A stretch of 64,000 nt of DNA from an uncultured Gemmatimonadales bacterium (GCA_963739455.1 CAVUAK010000001.1:2272001-2336000), one strand, 5' to 3'; positions 1 to 12,877 are shown, counted from the stretch's first letter. Made by a program: numbers and translations. Notes: generated by a model from the sequence alone, not told the origin.

Positions 1-771
1 TGGCGGTGCTGGGTGACGAACTCGCCACCTTGCTCTTCGACGACACGCCCGCCGGTCGGGGAGCAGATCTATCGTGGGCGACACGCCGTTCACCGTCATC
101 GGCGTGATGAAGCCCAAGCTGCAGAACTCCTCCTACCAGCAGCGGGACAAGGACCGGATCTTCATCCCGTCCACGACCCACTACGCGCTCTACGGGCGCC
201 GCTTCCTCAACAACATCGTGTACCGCGCGAAGAGCTCGGAGCTGACCAAGGTGGCGGAGAAGCGGGTGTACGAGACGCTGGGCCGGAAGTACCGCTTCGA
301 CCCGACAGATGAGGATGCGCTCGGCGTGTGGGATACGAGCGAGTGGGAGACGCGCTTCGGCGCCATGTTCGTGGCGTTCAACGCCTTCTTCGGCATCGTC
401 GGCACGTTCACGCTGCTGGTGGGCGGGATCGGCGTCGCCAACATCATGTACATCGTGGTGCGGGAGCGCACGCGCGAGATCGGGATTCGCCGCGCCGTCG
501 GTGCCACGCGGCGAGACATCCTCATCCAGTTCTTCGTCGAGACCTGCCTGATCGTCGGGATCGGCGCCGTGTGCGGCATGCTCCTGTCTCGTCGGCTTGG
601 TGAAGGCGACGGAGAGCCTGCCGATCAAGGATGCGGTAGGCAGCCCGGTGATCTCGCCGCTCGTCATGGCGGGTCACCCTCGTGCTGCTCGCCGTGGTGG
701 CCTTCGTGGCGGGCCTGTTCCCGGCTCGCAAGGCCTCGCGCCTGGACCCGATCGAAGCGCTGCGGACCTGA
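1..771 (+). CDS. ABC transporter permease, MacB/FtsX family (5' truncated, frameshifted)
   Basis: FtsX-domain motif GGIGVANIMYIVVRERTREIGIRRAVGA; canonical ending ARKASRLDPIEALRT-TGA (769-771) is reached after frame changes near 590 and 680. Confidence 0.85.
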
Positions 772-774
772 TCG

Positions 775-2028
775 ATGTTTCGCATCCTGCTGGAAGAGTT
801 TCTCGGCGACCTGAAGGCCCAGCGCACCCGCGCCATCCTGACCTTCCTGGCGGTGGCCTGGGGCGCGCTGGCGATCGTGCTGCTGCTGGCCTTTGGCGAG
901 GGGCTCAAGCGCTCGCTGCGTGAACGGCCTGCTCGGTGCCGGCGAGCGCATTTTCATGATCTACGGTGGCGAGACGAGCAAGACATTCGCAGGGCTGGCG
1001 CAGGGGCGCCGGATCCGGCTGGTGGAGGAGGACCTGCCGCTCCTGATGAGTGCGATTCCGGGCATCGACCGCGGAAGCGTCTCCTACGGACGGTGGGGTG
1101 CGGCCATCTCGGTGGGGCGGGAGCGTACGACGACGTTCCTGGAAGGTGTGGCGCCGGACCACGAAGTGGCGCGACACATGGAGGCCGCCGAGGGTGGGCG
1201 GTTCATCAGCGGCCATCGACGTGGCCCAGAAGCGGCGCGTGGTGTTCCTGGGCAATGACCTGGCGGACAAGCTGTTCGGGAAGGGCAACAGCCCGATCGG
1301 GAAGAACGTGACCATCGATGGCCTGCCGTTCGTGTGCATCGGCGTGCTGAAGAAGAAGTTCCAGGACTCGAGCAACAACGGCCCGGACGCCGACCGCGCG
1401 GTGATCCCGTACTCCACGTTTCGCACGATCTACGGGTTCCGGTACGTGAACCACCTCATCGTGCGTCCGCGTGACGCGACGCTGGGACCGACGCGTGAAG
1501 GCGGAGATCTTCCGGGTGCTGGGCCAGAAGTACCGATTCGACCCCACTGATGAGCGTGCACTGGGCATGTGGGACTTCATCGAGGGGGAGAAGGAGAACC
1601 TCAAGGTCGGGCTCGGGATCCAGATCTTCATGGGCCTGGTGGGTGCCTTCACGCTGCTGGTGGCCGGGGTCGGCGTTGCCAACATCATGTACGTGGTGGT
1701 GAAGGAGCGGACGCACGAGATCGGCGTGAAGCTGGCGCTTGGCGCGCGGAAGCGGCACATCATGAGCCAGTTCATGTTCGAGGCGATGGCGATCTCGATC
1801 ACCGGGGGGCTGGTGGGGCTGGCGGTGGCGGCGGCGATCGTGGCGGGGGTGGATACGATCCCGGCCGAGGAGAACCCGGCGATGCAGTACATCCTCAACC
1901 CGCGGCTGTCGTGGCCGATCGCGCTCGGGTGCGTGGGGCTGCTCGTGGTGGTCGGGCTGGTGGCGGGGATCCTGCCGGCCAGGAAGGCGGCGGCGGTGGA
2001 TCCGGTCGAGTCGTTGAGGTACGAGTAG
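775..2028 (+). CDS. ABC transporter permease, MacB/FtsX family (frameshifted)
   Basis: N-terminal RTRAILTFLAVAWG, MacB periplasmic-like middle, GVGVANIMYVVVKERTHEIGVKLALGA and PARKAAAVDPVESLRYE, spread over ORFs 775, 893, 1050 and 1471. Confidence 0.85.
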
Positions 2029-2029
2029 G

Positions 2030-2067
2030 CAGTCGGTCAGTGGTCAGTCGGCAGTGAGGCGGTCAGT
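2030..2067 (+). repeat. Degenerate CAGTCGG heptamer tandem repeat
   Basis: cagtcgg-t-cagtggt-cagtcgg-cagtgag directly after the permease stop codon. Confidence 0.6.
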
Positions 2068-2110
2068 GCGCGCGGTGGCGGCGCTGCGGCACCGTGGTTA
2101 GGATGCTGCC

Positions 2111-4396
2111 GTGATCTCTCGCACCCATCTGCTGGTTCGTCGCGCCATTGTCGTTGTCGTTCCTTTCGCTTGCTGCCGCGTGTGGCGAGCGGGGCGCGTC
2201 GTCTCCTGCTGCCGTCGCTGACAACTGCGCGGTACGTGGGTGGGGCGGCGTGCATCAACTGTCACCAGGAGGAGCACAACGCCTGGGTGACCTCGCAGCA
2301 TGCCGGCGCGATGAAGCATGCCGCCGATTCCTCGGTCCTGGGCAATTTCAACAACACCAGCTTCAACGACGGCCGGGTCACCACGCGGTTCTCGCGGCGC
2401 GACGGCAAGTTCATCGTCAACACCGAGGGACCCGACGGCAAGCTGCACGACTACGAGGTGAAGTACACGTTCGGCCTCTATCCCCTCCAGCAGTACCTCA
2501 TCGACATCGACAACGGCCGGATCCAGTCGCTCACCATCGCGTGGGACAGCCGTGAGAAGGCGGCGGGTGGCCAGCGGTGGTTCTCGCTCTATCCGGGAGA
2601 GAAGATCCTGCCGGGAGAGTCCGTCCATTGGACGGGGCGGGACCAGAACTGGAACTTCATGTGCGCCGAGTGCCATTCCACCAACGTCAAGAAGAACTTC
2701 GACCCCACCCAGCCCCGATTCACCACGTCGTGGGGCGACATCAACGTGAACTGCGAGGCGTGTCATGGGGCGGGGTCGGCGCATGTGGAATGGGCGGGGA
2801 AGGCGGGGAAGGCGGGAGGGAGGGCGGCGGGTGAAATGGGGCTGGTTGTCGAGTTCGATGAGCGGGCCGGGGTGACGTGGCCGATTGATTCGGCAACGGG
2901 AATCGGCGTGCGCAGCAGCCCGCGACGCACCGACAAGGAGATCGAGACCTGCGGCCTCTGCCATGCGCGCCGGGCCCAGCTGAAGGACGGCTATGTGCCG
3001 GGGCAGTCGCTCGGCACGACGGCCCAGGTGGCGCTGCTGGAGCCGGGGCTGTTCTGGCCCGACGGGCAGATGCGTGACGAGGTCTACAACTACGCCCCAT
3101 TCCTGCAGAGCAAGATGTATCGCGCGGGTGTCACCTGCAGCGACTGTCACGATCCACACACGCAGCAGCTGCGGGCGCCGGGGTCACAGGTGTGCCTGCA
3201 GTGTCATGCGAAAGAGCGGTTCGAGGGTCCGCAGCACGATCACCACCCGGCCGGCACCGCAAAGGTGGACTGCGTGAGCTGTCACATGCCGTCTGCGACC
3301 TTCATGGTGATCGACTCACGGCACGACCACAGCTTCCGGGTGCCGCGACCGGAGCAGACGGTGCGGTTCGGCGCGCCCAACACCTGCAACCAGTGCCACC
3401 GGGACCAGTCGGCCGCAGTGGGCGGCGGACCAGGTGGCGAAGTGGTATGGGCATGCCCCGGAGGGCTACCAGCGCTACGCCCAGGCGCTGTACGACTCGG
3501 AGCAGCACCTGCCGGGTTCGCTGGCGCGGCTCACCGGGCTTGCAGGCGACACGCTGCAGCCGGCGATCGCGCGGGCGACGGCGGTGAGCCGGCTGGCCGG
3601 AGTATCAGTCACCCAGCGCGGTCTCGGCGGCGGAGGCGGTGCTGTCCGACCGGAGCTCGCTGCTGCGCTCAGCGGCGGTGACGGCGCTCGAGAGCGCCGA
3701 ACCGGCGGAGCGAGTGCGGCTGCTGGCGCCGAGGCTGTCCGATTCGATCCTGGCCGTTCGGATCGATGCCGCGCGCGCGCTTGCCGGGCTGGAGCAGCAG
3801 TTGCCGGATTCGGCGAAGGCGGCGTTCGGCAAGGCGCTGCAGGAATACATCGACGTCCAGATGTTCAACGCGGACCGGCCGGAGTCGTGGACCAACCTGG
3901 CCACGGTGTACGCCATGCGGGGGGATCGCGCACGGGCGGCGGATGCCTTCGGCCGGGCGATCGCGCTCGACTCGAGCTTCGTGCCGGCGTGGGTGAACCT
4001 GGCGGACTTCCTGCGGGCGACGCGGCGACGAGGCCGGCGCTGGTGCGGCGCTGCGAGACGGCCTCAGGCACAGCCCCGACAATGCATCGCTGCACTACGC
4101 GCTGGGCCTGACGCTCATCCGGCAGCGGCAGCTACCGGGTGCGCTGGCCGAGCTCAAGACGGCAGTCCGGCTGGCACCCGACGACGCGCACATCGGCTAC
4201 GTGTACGGGGTGGCCCTGCACGACACCGGGAACGCGGCGGCGGGAGTGAAGCAGCTCGAGGCGGTGCTCAAGCAGCATCCCGATGATCCTGCAGGTGCTT
4301 CAGGCGCTGGCGGCCTACGCCAAGGAGGCTGGGGACGTGCAGGCGTCGGTGGCGTATTCCGCGAGACTGCAGGAGCTCAGCGCGAAGGGACCGTGA
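2111..4396 (+). CDS. Octaheme c-type cytochrome lipoprotein with C-terminal HEAT/TPR repeats (frameshifted)
   Basis: Eight CxxCH motifs (CINCH, CAECH, CEACH, CGLCH, CSDCH, CLQCH, CVSCH, CNQCH); lipobox-like LAAAC in ORF 2148; HEAT/TPR segments in ORFs 3639 and 4201; stop TGA 4394-4396. Confidence 0.85.
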
Positions 4397-4404
4397 CACC
4401 TGCA

Positions 4405-4418
4405 GGGAACAGGGAACG
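4405..4418 (+). repeat. GGGAACA heptamer, 2 copies, between convergent genes
   Basis: gggaaca-gggaacg. Confidence 0.5.
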
Positions 4419-4421
4419 AGC

Positions 4422-5711
4422 TCAGAAGATCCACTGGAGTCGGGTGAGCAGGATGCCAGTCCACCCCTCGATGTTGTCCTGGTCCTGGTTCACCGTGCCG
4501 TAGCCCAGTGCCACCTTCCAGCGCCGGGTCGCCCACCAGTTGACAGCGAAGTACCATTGCTGGAACGCACCGCCCTGCACGTCCCGGTCGTTGAAATCCA
4601 CCGTCCCGTACCGCGCCATCAATTCCACCTCACCGTGCTTGTGCGTGATCGGCACCCGGCGGGCGTAGCCGACCTTGCGGTCATAGGGTCGGGGGCCACC
4701 ACCCGTGATCATCCAGCTCCCCGCGACGTACCAGCCATTGGCCGAGGCGTGCTGTGCGGTGGCGATCCAGGCCTGGTTGTACTCGGCCAGGACGGAGAAG
4801 GGCCCGTCGGCCCAGAGCGCCTCGAACCCGAGGTGCCAGGCGTAGTCGGCGGGTATCAGGCCGGTGTTGATGTAGAAGGTGGCCACGTTCGACTGAGGCT
4901 GGCCGCGGAACTGCAGCGAGTCGTTGCCCGCGCCGTTGTAGCGTGCTGCGACGGCCAGGTGCAGGTAGCGGTGGCTCTTTTCGTTCCAGAGCGGGAGTGT
5001 CGTAATACGCGCGGAGAACTGCTGGCCGCTGCTGTTCCAGGTGGTCGGTGTAATCCACCAGTCGTTGTACCAGCCGACGGCCCAGGTGGCGCGCTCGCCG
5101 AATGCGGTATTCATGAGCTTGACGCCAATGTCTCGCGTCTTGAAGAACGGCTGCAGGACCCGCTCGGTCTGCGGGAGGTTGGCTGCGTCGCCCACCATTT
5201 CATAGTCGAAGGTCTGCTTCGTCTTGCCGAACGTCAGGTCGCCAAGGTGCCGTCCGAGGTTCACGGTGAGGTTCAGGTCGGCGACCTGCCAGTCGGGCTG
5301 GCCGGGCTGCTGGGCAAAGCCCCGGTACTGCAGGCTGACCTGGTATCGCCAGTCGGTGAGCACGCGCGCATGGCCGCGGGCCATGAACCGGAAGTCGCGG
5401 ACCTGGAACTGGTCTGCCTGCACACCCTGCTGGGTGATGCTGTTCTCGTTCTGGCTGAACGCCGTGTAGTCGAGGAGGATGGCCAGGCCGAACTTGATCG
5501 AGAAGTTATCGGTCTTGACGTTCGCCTTGGTGAGGATCCCGTCAGGAACGTCGGGCACGATGGTGCTGACCGGCGGAGCAGGGGGAATGCCGTGCGCGGG
5601 GTCGGATTCCCAGGACTGGGCTGCTGCGACCGCAACGCACGCCAAGGTGAGCGTTGCGCACAGCGCACTGACCCGCCACACATGGTGCCAAGGCCTTCCA
5701 ACCCGGTTCAT
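4422..5711 (-). CDS. Phosphate-selective porin OprO/OprP family
   Basis: Signal peptide, amphipathic beta strands, LTFGKTKQTFDYE...ER motif, AVNWW and C-terminal RLQWIF. Confidence 0.8.
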   Translation of the reverse strand: MNRVGRPWHHVWRVSALCATLTLACVAVAAAQSWESDPAHGIPPAPPVSTIVPDVPDGILTKANVKTDNFSIKFGLAILLDYTAFSQNENSITQQGVQADQFQVRDFRFMARGHARVLTDWRYQVSLQYRGFAQQPGQPDWQVADLNLTVNLGRHLGDLTFGKTKQTFDYEMVGDAANLPQTERVLQPFFKTRDIGVKLMNTAFGERATWAVGWYNDWWITPTTWNSSGQQFSARITTLPLWNEKSHRYLHLAVAARYNGAGNDSLQFRGQPQSNVATFYINTGLIPADYAWHLGFEALWADGPFSVLAEYNQAWIATAQHASANGWYVAGSWMITGGGPRPYDRKVGYARRVPITHKHGEVELMARYGTVDFNDRDVQGGAFQQWYFAVNWWATRRWKVALGYGTVNQDQDNIEGWTGILLTRLQWIF

Positions 5712-5790
5712 GATCCCTCATAGCTGAAAGTGATGAAGGCTTCACGATCGGTTGGCGGAGGAAAATTGACCATTGAACCTTGGGGTCATG

Positions 5791-5832
5791 AAAAGCAGTG
5801 CGCCGGCTGCCTGGGGGGCAGCCGGCGCACTG
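5791..5832 (-). terminator. Rho-independent terminator after the sulfatase
   Basis: Long GC stem cagtgcgccggctgcc/ggcagccggcgcactg followed by CTTTT on the minus strand. Confidence 0.8.
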
Positions 5833-5853
5833 GCATTCGCTTCCGGTCCTAGA

Positions 5854-7509
<1,656 letters not shown>

Positions 7510-7543
7510 AGGGACCTCGTTCAGCAACTGCTCCCGCTCGGCA

Positions 7544-7924
7544 TCAAGCAAGCGCCTTTGCCTTCAGCTTCTGGAACTCGTCCTGCGTGATGGTTCCGTC
7601 ACCCAGGAGTGCCTTCGCCCGGGCAATCTGGTCGGCCGGTGAGGTGCCGGCCAACTCCTTGATGTAGTCCTCCTGATGGGACCGAACCTTCTGCATCGCT
7701 GCGCGCTGGCGCTCGGCCATGCCCCTGCCGCGCGCAACCAGGTAAATGAGCGCGGTGATGATCGGAAGGAAGATGAGCCCGATGATCCAGAGCGCCTTGC
7801 TGCCCCCGCCGAGTTCATGGTCGCGGAAGATGTCGGCAATGATGTGGAACATGACCATCAGGTACGCGATGAAGATGAAGATCTCGAAGAGGAACCATGT
7901 GGCGCTGAGGAAGCTGGCGAACAT
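7544..7924 (-). CDS. Small membrane protein, PLDc_N-like N-terminus plus SHOCT domain
   Basis: DIFRDHELGGGSKALWIIGLIFLP; SPADQIARAKALLGDGTITQDEFQKLKAKAL. Confidence 0.8.
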   Translation of the reverse strand: MFASFLSATWFLFEIFIFIAYLMVMFHIIADIFRDHELGGGSKALWIIGLIFLPIITALIYLVARGRGMAERQRAAMQKVRSHQEDYIKELAGTSPADQIARAKALLGDGTITQDEFQKLKAKALA

Positions 7925-7933
7925 CGGAGCTCC

Positions 7934-7970
7934 GGGAACAGGGAACAAGGAACAGGGAACAGGGAACAGG
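7934..7970 (+). repeat. (GGGAACA)5 heptamer tandem repeat
   Basis: Five units (one AGGAACA variant) immediately upstream of the RBS of the SHOCT gene. Confidence 0.9.
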
Positions 7971-7979
7971 AGGTGGAGG

Positions 7980-9461
7980 CTAATGCGGTCCGGCTCGGGC
8001 CGCCAACTCGCTGGCATCGATCCAGGCGTCCACTCGCTGGAGCAGGTAGGGGAAGAACGGGTTGGAGCTGAGGCGCATGGTGGACTCGGCGTTGAGCACG
8101 AGCACGCCCACCTCACCGCGAAGGCCGAGTGTTCCCAGCCGAATGCCGTAGTCCTCGGAGAGGTCGGGCTCGAGGCCGAGCATGGGATCGGTGACCGGGA
8201 ACGGCAGCGCAAGATGCGACAGGGAGAACACCGACGCCGGGTAGGCGAGACCGATCGGATACTGGTGGCTGGTGGTGTCGCCAGCCGGCGTGTCCTGGTC
8301 CACCATGCTCACCTCTGTCGGCGCGGCATTGACGATGACCGAGGTGCGATAGCGCCGCGGTGCCGGCGGGAGGAGGCGATCGAGCGCGCTCTCGGCCGAT
8401 GGGCGGATCAGCGGGCCGAAGTTGACACTTCGATTGATGTCGAAGAGGACCAGTTCGCTGCCGTTGGCCGGGAGCTGATTGTAGAGCATCGACACGATCG
8501 CGGGGGTGCTGACCGTGAAGTCGACCACGGACTGAAAGGTGAGGACCGGTGGGAGGCTGTCGAGGCGGCCGGCGGCCGAGTACTCCACGAACCGGCGCTG
8601 GAGCACGCGGGTGAGGAGGTGCGACTGAACCGCACCATTCACCGGGAACGAGTTGTACTTGAACGGGTTGAACTCGGGTGTGATGCTCAGCCACGCGGCC
8701 TTGGCGAAGGGTGGCAGGATCGAGGGCCACCCCGCGACGCCGGCGAACCGGGCCATGGCGGTGATGCCGATCATGGGGCCGATGAGCACGATGCGATCGG
8801 CGCGAGCCAGTTGCGGATCCCCCAGTGCGTCGAGCGAATACTTCATGGCGAGCGCGCCGCCATTGGAGAAGCCGACCAGTTGCAGCGGCAGGGGCGCCGG
8901 CACGCGGCGGCGGGCCTCGCGTACCGCCATGCGGGTCGCCGCCAGCCAGTCCTGCCACTTCACATGTGACAGGCCGGATGGGACGGTGCCATGACCGGGG
9001 AGCCGGATGGCCAGCACGAGGAACCCGCGCGCACGGTAGTGCTGGCCAATGAACCGCAGGCTGTAGGGGGAATCGGTAAGCCCATGCAGGAGCACGACGA
9101 CGCCGACCGGCGGGCCGTCGGGTTCCAGCACATACGAGCGGTTCCAGTCGACAGCGAACCGGCCGGGGTAGACCGGGCTGCCATCGAAGTAGCGATTGAA
9201 GGGGACGCGGGCTTCGGGCTTGAGCTTCAGCGTGACGTTGTCATGCACGGCAACAAACAGGGAATCCTCGGCCCGGACGTACTCAGCCCACTCGAGTCCG
9301 TCGATGTCGTCGGCGCGAAGATCCCTGGGTATATAGGTGTGCCACAACTCGAGTGGCGGGCCACGTACGGCATCCCACGCCGTCACGCCGAACAGCATCG
9401 TGAGCAGCACCGCCACCACCACGAGCCCGAGCGCGAGGAGGCGCTTGATCCACCTTCTCAC
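7980..9461 (-). CDS. Alpha/beta hydrolase with N-terminal membrane anchor
   Basis: VVLLHGLTDSP, RLPGHGT, nucleophile elbow GFSNGG. Confidence 0.8.
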   Translation of the reverse strand: MRRWIKRLLALGLVVVAVLLTMLFGVTAWDAVRGPPLELWHTYIPRDLRADDIDGLEWAEYVRAEDSLFVAVHDNVTLKLKPEARVPFNRYFDGSPVYPGRFAVDWNRSYVLEPDGPPVGVVVLLHGLTDSPYSLRFIGQHYRARGFLVLAIRLPGHGTVPSGLSHVKWQDWLAATRMAVREARRRVPAPLPLQLVGFSNGGALAMKYSLDALGDPQLARADRIVLIGPMIGITAMARFAGVAGWPSILPPFAKAAWLSITPEFNPFKYNSFPVNGAVQSHLLTRVLQRRFVEYSAAGRLDSLPPVLTFQSVVDFTVSTPAIVSMLYNQLPANGSELVLFDINRSVNFGPLIRPSAESALDRLLPPAPRRYRTSVIVNAAPTEVSMVDQDTPAGDTTSHQYPIGLAYPASVFSLSHLALPFPVTDPMLGLEPDLSEDYGIRLGTLGLRGEVGVLVLNAESTMRLSSNPFFPYLLQRVDAWIDASELAARAGPH

Positions 9462-9477
9462 GCCGGACTCAGGGGCA

Positions 9478-10083
9478 TCAACTCTTCGTTACGCTGAGCG
9501 CCACGCCTTCGGTGACCAGTGCGTTCACCTGGTCGCCCACCGAGACGCCGGCGAGGTTGGCACCCTTGCCGAGCTTGTAGGTCTGCGGCTTCCCGCTGTC
9601 GAACGCGAGCGTGACCTTGCCCTTCGCCTGGTCGATTGCCGTGATCGTGGCGGTGACCGCCACGGTGGCGACCGCAATACCGCCGGGCTTGGCACCCACC
9701 GGCGACAGGACGGCGCCGGCGGCGGCTGCGGAGGCCGGCGGACCGCCATTCTTCGACAGCCAGATCACCGCCTGTTCAGTGACCACAGCATTCACGTGAT
9801 CGCCGACTGCCAGCTGGTTGAAGTTGACCATGTCGGGCGTGGCCTTGAACGTGGTCTTCTTCCCGTCGGGGAACTCGAGCGTGACCTTGCGGTCCTTGGT
9901 GTTCAGCGCGCTGACGGTCGCCGAGGACGTGAAGGTCTCGACCACCTCGGCGCCACCGCCCGGAACCGCGGCGACTGCGACCGACTCGTCGCCCTGTACC
10001 TTGGACCCGCCGCAGGCGGCCAGCGCCACCGCGATAGCGGGGAACAGCGCCAGCGTCCCAGCGTACTTCATGCTCGTCTTCAT
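9478..10083 (-). CDS. Lipoprotein with two tandem OB-fold-like repeats
   Basis: Lipobox LAAC; internal duplication (ATVSALN..KVTL..G..AVGDHVNAVVTE / ATITAID..KVTL..G..SVGDQVNALVTE). Confidence 0.7.
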   Translation of the reverse strand: MKTSMKYAGTLALFPAIAVALAACGGSKVQGDESVAVAAVPGGGAEVVETFTSSATVSALNTKDRKVTLEFPDGKKTTFKATPDMVNFNQLAVGDHVNAVVTEQAVIWLSKNGGPPASAAAAGAVLSPVGAKPGGIAVATVAVTATITAIDQAKGKVTLAFDSGKPQTYKLGKGANLAGVSVGDQVNALVTEGVALSVTKS

Positions 10084-10151
10084 GACTCATCGACTCCTTC
10101 AACAAGGTTGGCTGTTTCCTGGTAGCAAGGTAGCAGGCTCATGTGCGCCTG

Positions 10152-10979
10152 TCAGTCGCCCGCGACATCGAGCGCGGTCCATACCGCGCGATGATCGCTC
10201 GTGGCCAGGGCCTCCCTGATCGAGGCGGACCTGACGCCGCGGGGTTCGAGGCCCCGCAGGAAGACATGGTCGAATGACCAGACATGATGCGTGCGGCCGA
10301 CGTTGCGGGTGAGCCAGTGGTACCCCGCATGGGCAAAGATTCTTCCTGCGCCCATCCGGTTGAGGTCCCCGGCGATGAGCACGGGATCGGGACTGGTGGC
10401 TGCATCGTCCACCACCGCCTGGGCCTGGGCATCCTGTCCCCGGGGCAGCATCTCCCACATCGTGCTCAGGTGGATGCTGTACACGCGGAGCCGGAGGCCG
10501 CGCACCAGGATCGTCGCGCGCACGGCGATGCGGCGTGACCCGCGGGTCCATCCCCGCCCGGGGAGGAGGACCTTGCCGTCGTCCACGATCGGCCAGCGGC
10601 TCAGGATCGCGGGCCCGAAGTTCCGCCCCGTCAGCGGGTGAAGCATCGAGGGGTAGTAGACGTAGTGGTCGCCCAGCAGGCGTGCAGCGCGGTCAACGAT
10701 TTCCTCGTCGGCCTCCTGCAGTGCCAGGATGTCGGCGCCGCCAAGGTGCTGATCCCGCTCGAGCAGGTCCAGCACGGCCTCGGGCCGCTTCACCAGTTCC
10801 ACGTTATACGTGGCGACGCGCAGCTGGTCACCACCGGCGCGCCCGTCGCCATTCCGCGTGGGGCCGGCATGCGCGAAACGCGGGCCCCCCACTCCTGCGT
10901 AGTTGTGGGACTGTCTCCAGCCCATCGGCAGCGGCCGGCCGGCGACGCCCCGCTGCCAACGATGAGATTCGTTGCCCAT
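10152..10979 (-). CDS. Endonuclease/exonuclease/phosphatase family protein
   Basis: VATYNV, DILALQE, AILSRWP, LIAGDLN, FDHVF, SDH motifs; start uncertain. Confidence 0.85.
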   Translation of the reverse strand: MGNESHRWQRGVAGRPLPMGWRQSHNYAGVGGPRFAHAGPTRNGDGRAGGDQLRVATYNVELVKRPEAVLDLLERDQHLGGADILALQEADEEIVDRAARLLGDHYVYYPSMLHPLTGRNFGPAILSRWPIVDDGKVLLPGRGWTRGSRRIAVRATILVRGLRLRVYSIHLSTMWEMLPRGQDAQAQAVVDDAATSPDPVLIAGDLNRMGAGRIFAHAGYHWLTRNVGRTHHVWSFDHVFLRGLEPRGVRSASIREALATSDHRAVWTALDVAGD

Positions 10980-11040
10980 AGGACGGACAATCTATTCGAG
11001 GCTCCAAGCGTGGCGCCTCCTCCCGTATATTCGGTGGCCC

Positions 11041-12876
11041 GTGCGCATCCTCCTCGTAGTCCTCGCCGCCGTCGCCCTTTCCGCCGGCACCTATCTCGGT
11101 CTTGAGCGTCTCGGTCGCCGTGCCTGGCCCGCGATCGCGGCGCGCGCGGTGGCGTGGGCCGCCCTTGGTCTCCTGCTGCTCAACGTGAGCTGTCCGCGTC
11201 CGCCATTGGTACGGCGGCCGCTCGTGCTGCTCGATGGCTCGCTCAGCATGACGGCGGCGGGGCGCAGCTGGTTGCCCCTGCGCCGGCAGGCCGACTCACT
11301 GGGCGAGGTGCGCTTCTTCGGCGACGAACGGAGCGGGGCGGACAGCCTGCCCAACCGGGGCCGCTCGCTCCTGGCGCCGGCGCTGGCGGCGGCGGCGGCG
11401 AGCGACCGGCCAGTGATCGTGATCACTGATGGAGAGATCGATGACGCGTCCGAGATTCCGGCCGACCTGCTCGCGCGCGCCCGGGTGGACGTTGCGCCGC
11501 GACCCGTGACGCGGGACGTCGCCGTCCTGGGCGTCGACGGCCCAGCGCGGGTGACCGCCGGTGACTCGCTGCGGTATGACGTGGCCGTTCGCTTCGTGGG
11601 CGACAGCTCGCAGGACTCGGCGGTGGTGGAGCTTCGCTCCGATGATGCCAAGCGCACCCTCCTGGTGCGCCGGGTGCTCCGCAGCAGTGGCGGCGAAGCG
11701 CGGGGCGTGCTGCGCGCGGCCAGCGCGGGCATTGCTGCGGGGGAACACGTCCTGTCACTGAAGGTGGTGGGCAGTGGCGACAGTGAGCCGCGCACCGACG
11801 AGCGCCTGGTCCACCTGACGGTGGCGCAGACACCGGGTGTCGTGCTGGTGGCGAACCCGGCGGACTGGGATGCCCGCTTCCTGTTCCGGGCCATCCGGGA
11901 TGTCGCCGCACTCCCGGTGCGGGGCTACGTGCGGATCGGCGACAGCTGGCGCAGCATGGCGGACCTGAAGCCCATCTCGGAGGATGCGTTGCGCCAGGCA
12001 ATCCGCGGCGCCGACCTGGCGGTACTCAAGGGCAAGGCAGTGGATCGGGTCACCGATGTGCGAGGACGAGGGGTCTGGTTGTGGCCGGGCTCGACGGAGG
12101 CGCCGTCGCAGGACGGCGACTGGTACCTCACGGCAACGCCGGCATCTCCCTTGGCATCCGCGCTCGGCGGACTGCCGATCGACTCGTTCCCACCGGCGGT
12201 CCAGCTCACGGCGCAGCAACCGACGCCGACGGGATGGGTCGGGCTCATGGCGCAGGCGGGGCGTCGCGGTGCACCGCGGCCCGCCTTCTTCGGAGGGGAA
12301 GCGGGCGGCAAGCGGCGTGTGACCACGGCGGCAAGTGGCCTGTGGCGGTGGAGTTTCCGCGGCGGATCGTCGGAGCAGGGATACCGCGCGCTCGTTGGCT
12401 CCACGGTGACCTGGCTGCTTGGTGCGCCGGACACCGCCCGGGGGCCGGCGCGGCCGGTGCGTCCCGTCGTGATGAATGGGCGGCCGCTGGTATTCGAGTG
12501 GAGCGGCGCTGGTGCGTCGCAGCCGGTGCCGATCAGCTGGAGCGGAACTTCAGGGAGCGGGGAACAGGGAGCAGGGAACAGGGAACAGGACAGTGCAACT
12601 GACACCCTGCGGTTCGATGGCGCGGGGCGCGCGGCGCTGTGGCTGGCGCCGGGCACCTGGCGGTACCGCCTCGAGGGCGGGACGCAGGGGCTGGTGGCGG
12701 TGGAGGAATATTCCGATGAGCTGGTGCCGCGGGCCGCGACGATCATTTCGAAGCCGGGGACGAGCGTGACGGGCACGTCGCGCACGGCGGCGAGGGACTG
12801 GCTGTGGCTCTTTGGGATCGCGGTGCTCGCTCTGTGCGCTGAGTGGCTGACGAGGAGGAGGCTTGGGTTGCGATAG
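11041..12876 (+). CDS. Membrane-anchored VWA-like domain protein
   Basis: N- and C-terminal TM helices, MIDAS-like LLDGSLSM and VITDGE, LWRW motif. Confidence 0.65.
   Translation: MRILLVVLAAVALSAGTYLGLERLGRRAWPAIAARAVAWAALGLLLLNVSCPRPPLVRRPLVLLDGSLSMTAAGRSWLPLRRQADSLGEVRFFGDERSGADSLPNRGRSLLAPALAAAAASDRPVIVITDGEIDDASEIPADLLARARVDVAPRPVTRDVAVLGVDGPARVTAGDSLRYDVAVRFVGDSSQDSAVVELRSDDAKRTLLVRRVLRSSGGEARGVLRAASAGIAAGEHVLSLKVVGSGDSEPRTDERLVHLTVAQTPGVVLVANPADWDARFLFRAIRDVAALPVRGYVRIGDSWRSMADLKPISEDALRQAIRGADLAVLKGKAVDRVTDVRGRGVWLWPGSTEAPSQDGDWYLTATPASPLASALGGLPIDSFPPAVQLTAQQPTPTGWVGLMAQAGRRGAPRPAFFGGEAGGKRRVTTAASGLWRWSFRGGSSEQGYRALVGSTVTWLLGAPDTARGPARPVRPVVMNGRPLVFEWSGAGASQPVPISWSGTSGSGEQGAGNREQDSATDTLRFDGAGRAALWLAPGTWRYRLEGGTQGLVAVEEYSDELVPRAATIISKPGTSVTGTSRTAARDWLWLFGIAVLALCAEWLTRRRLGLR
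12553..12589 (+). repeat. GGGAACA-family heptamer array (5 units) inside a CDS
   Basis: gggagcg-gggaaca-gggagca-gggaaca-gggaaca encoding GSGEQGAGNREQ. Confidence 0.85.
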
Positions 12877-12877
12877 G

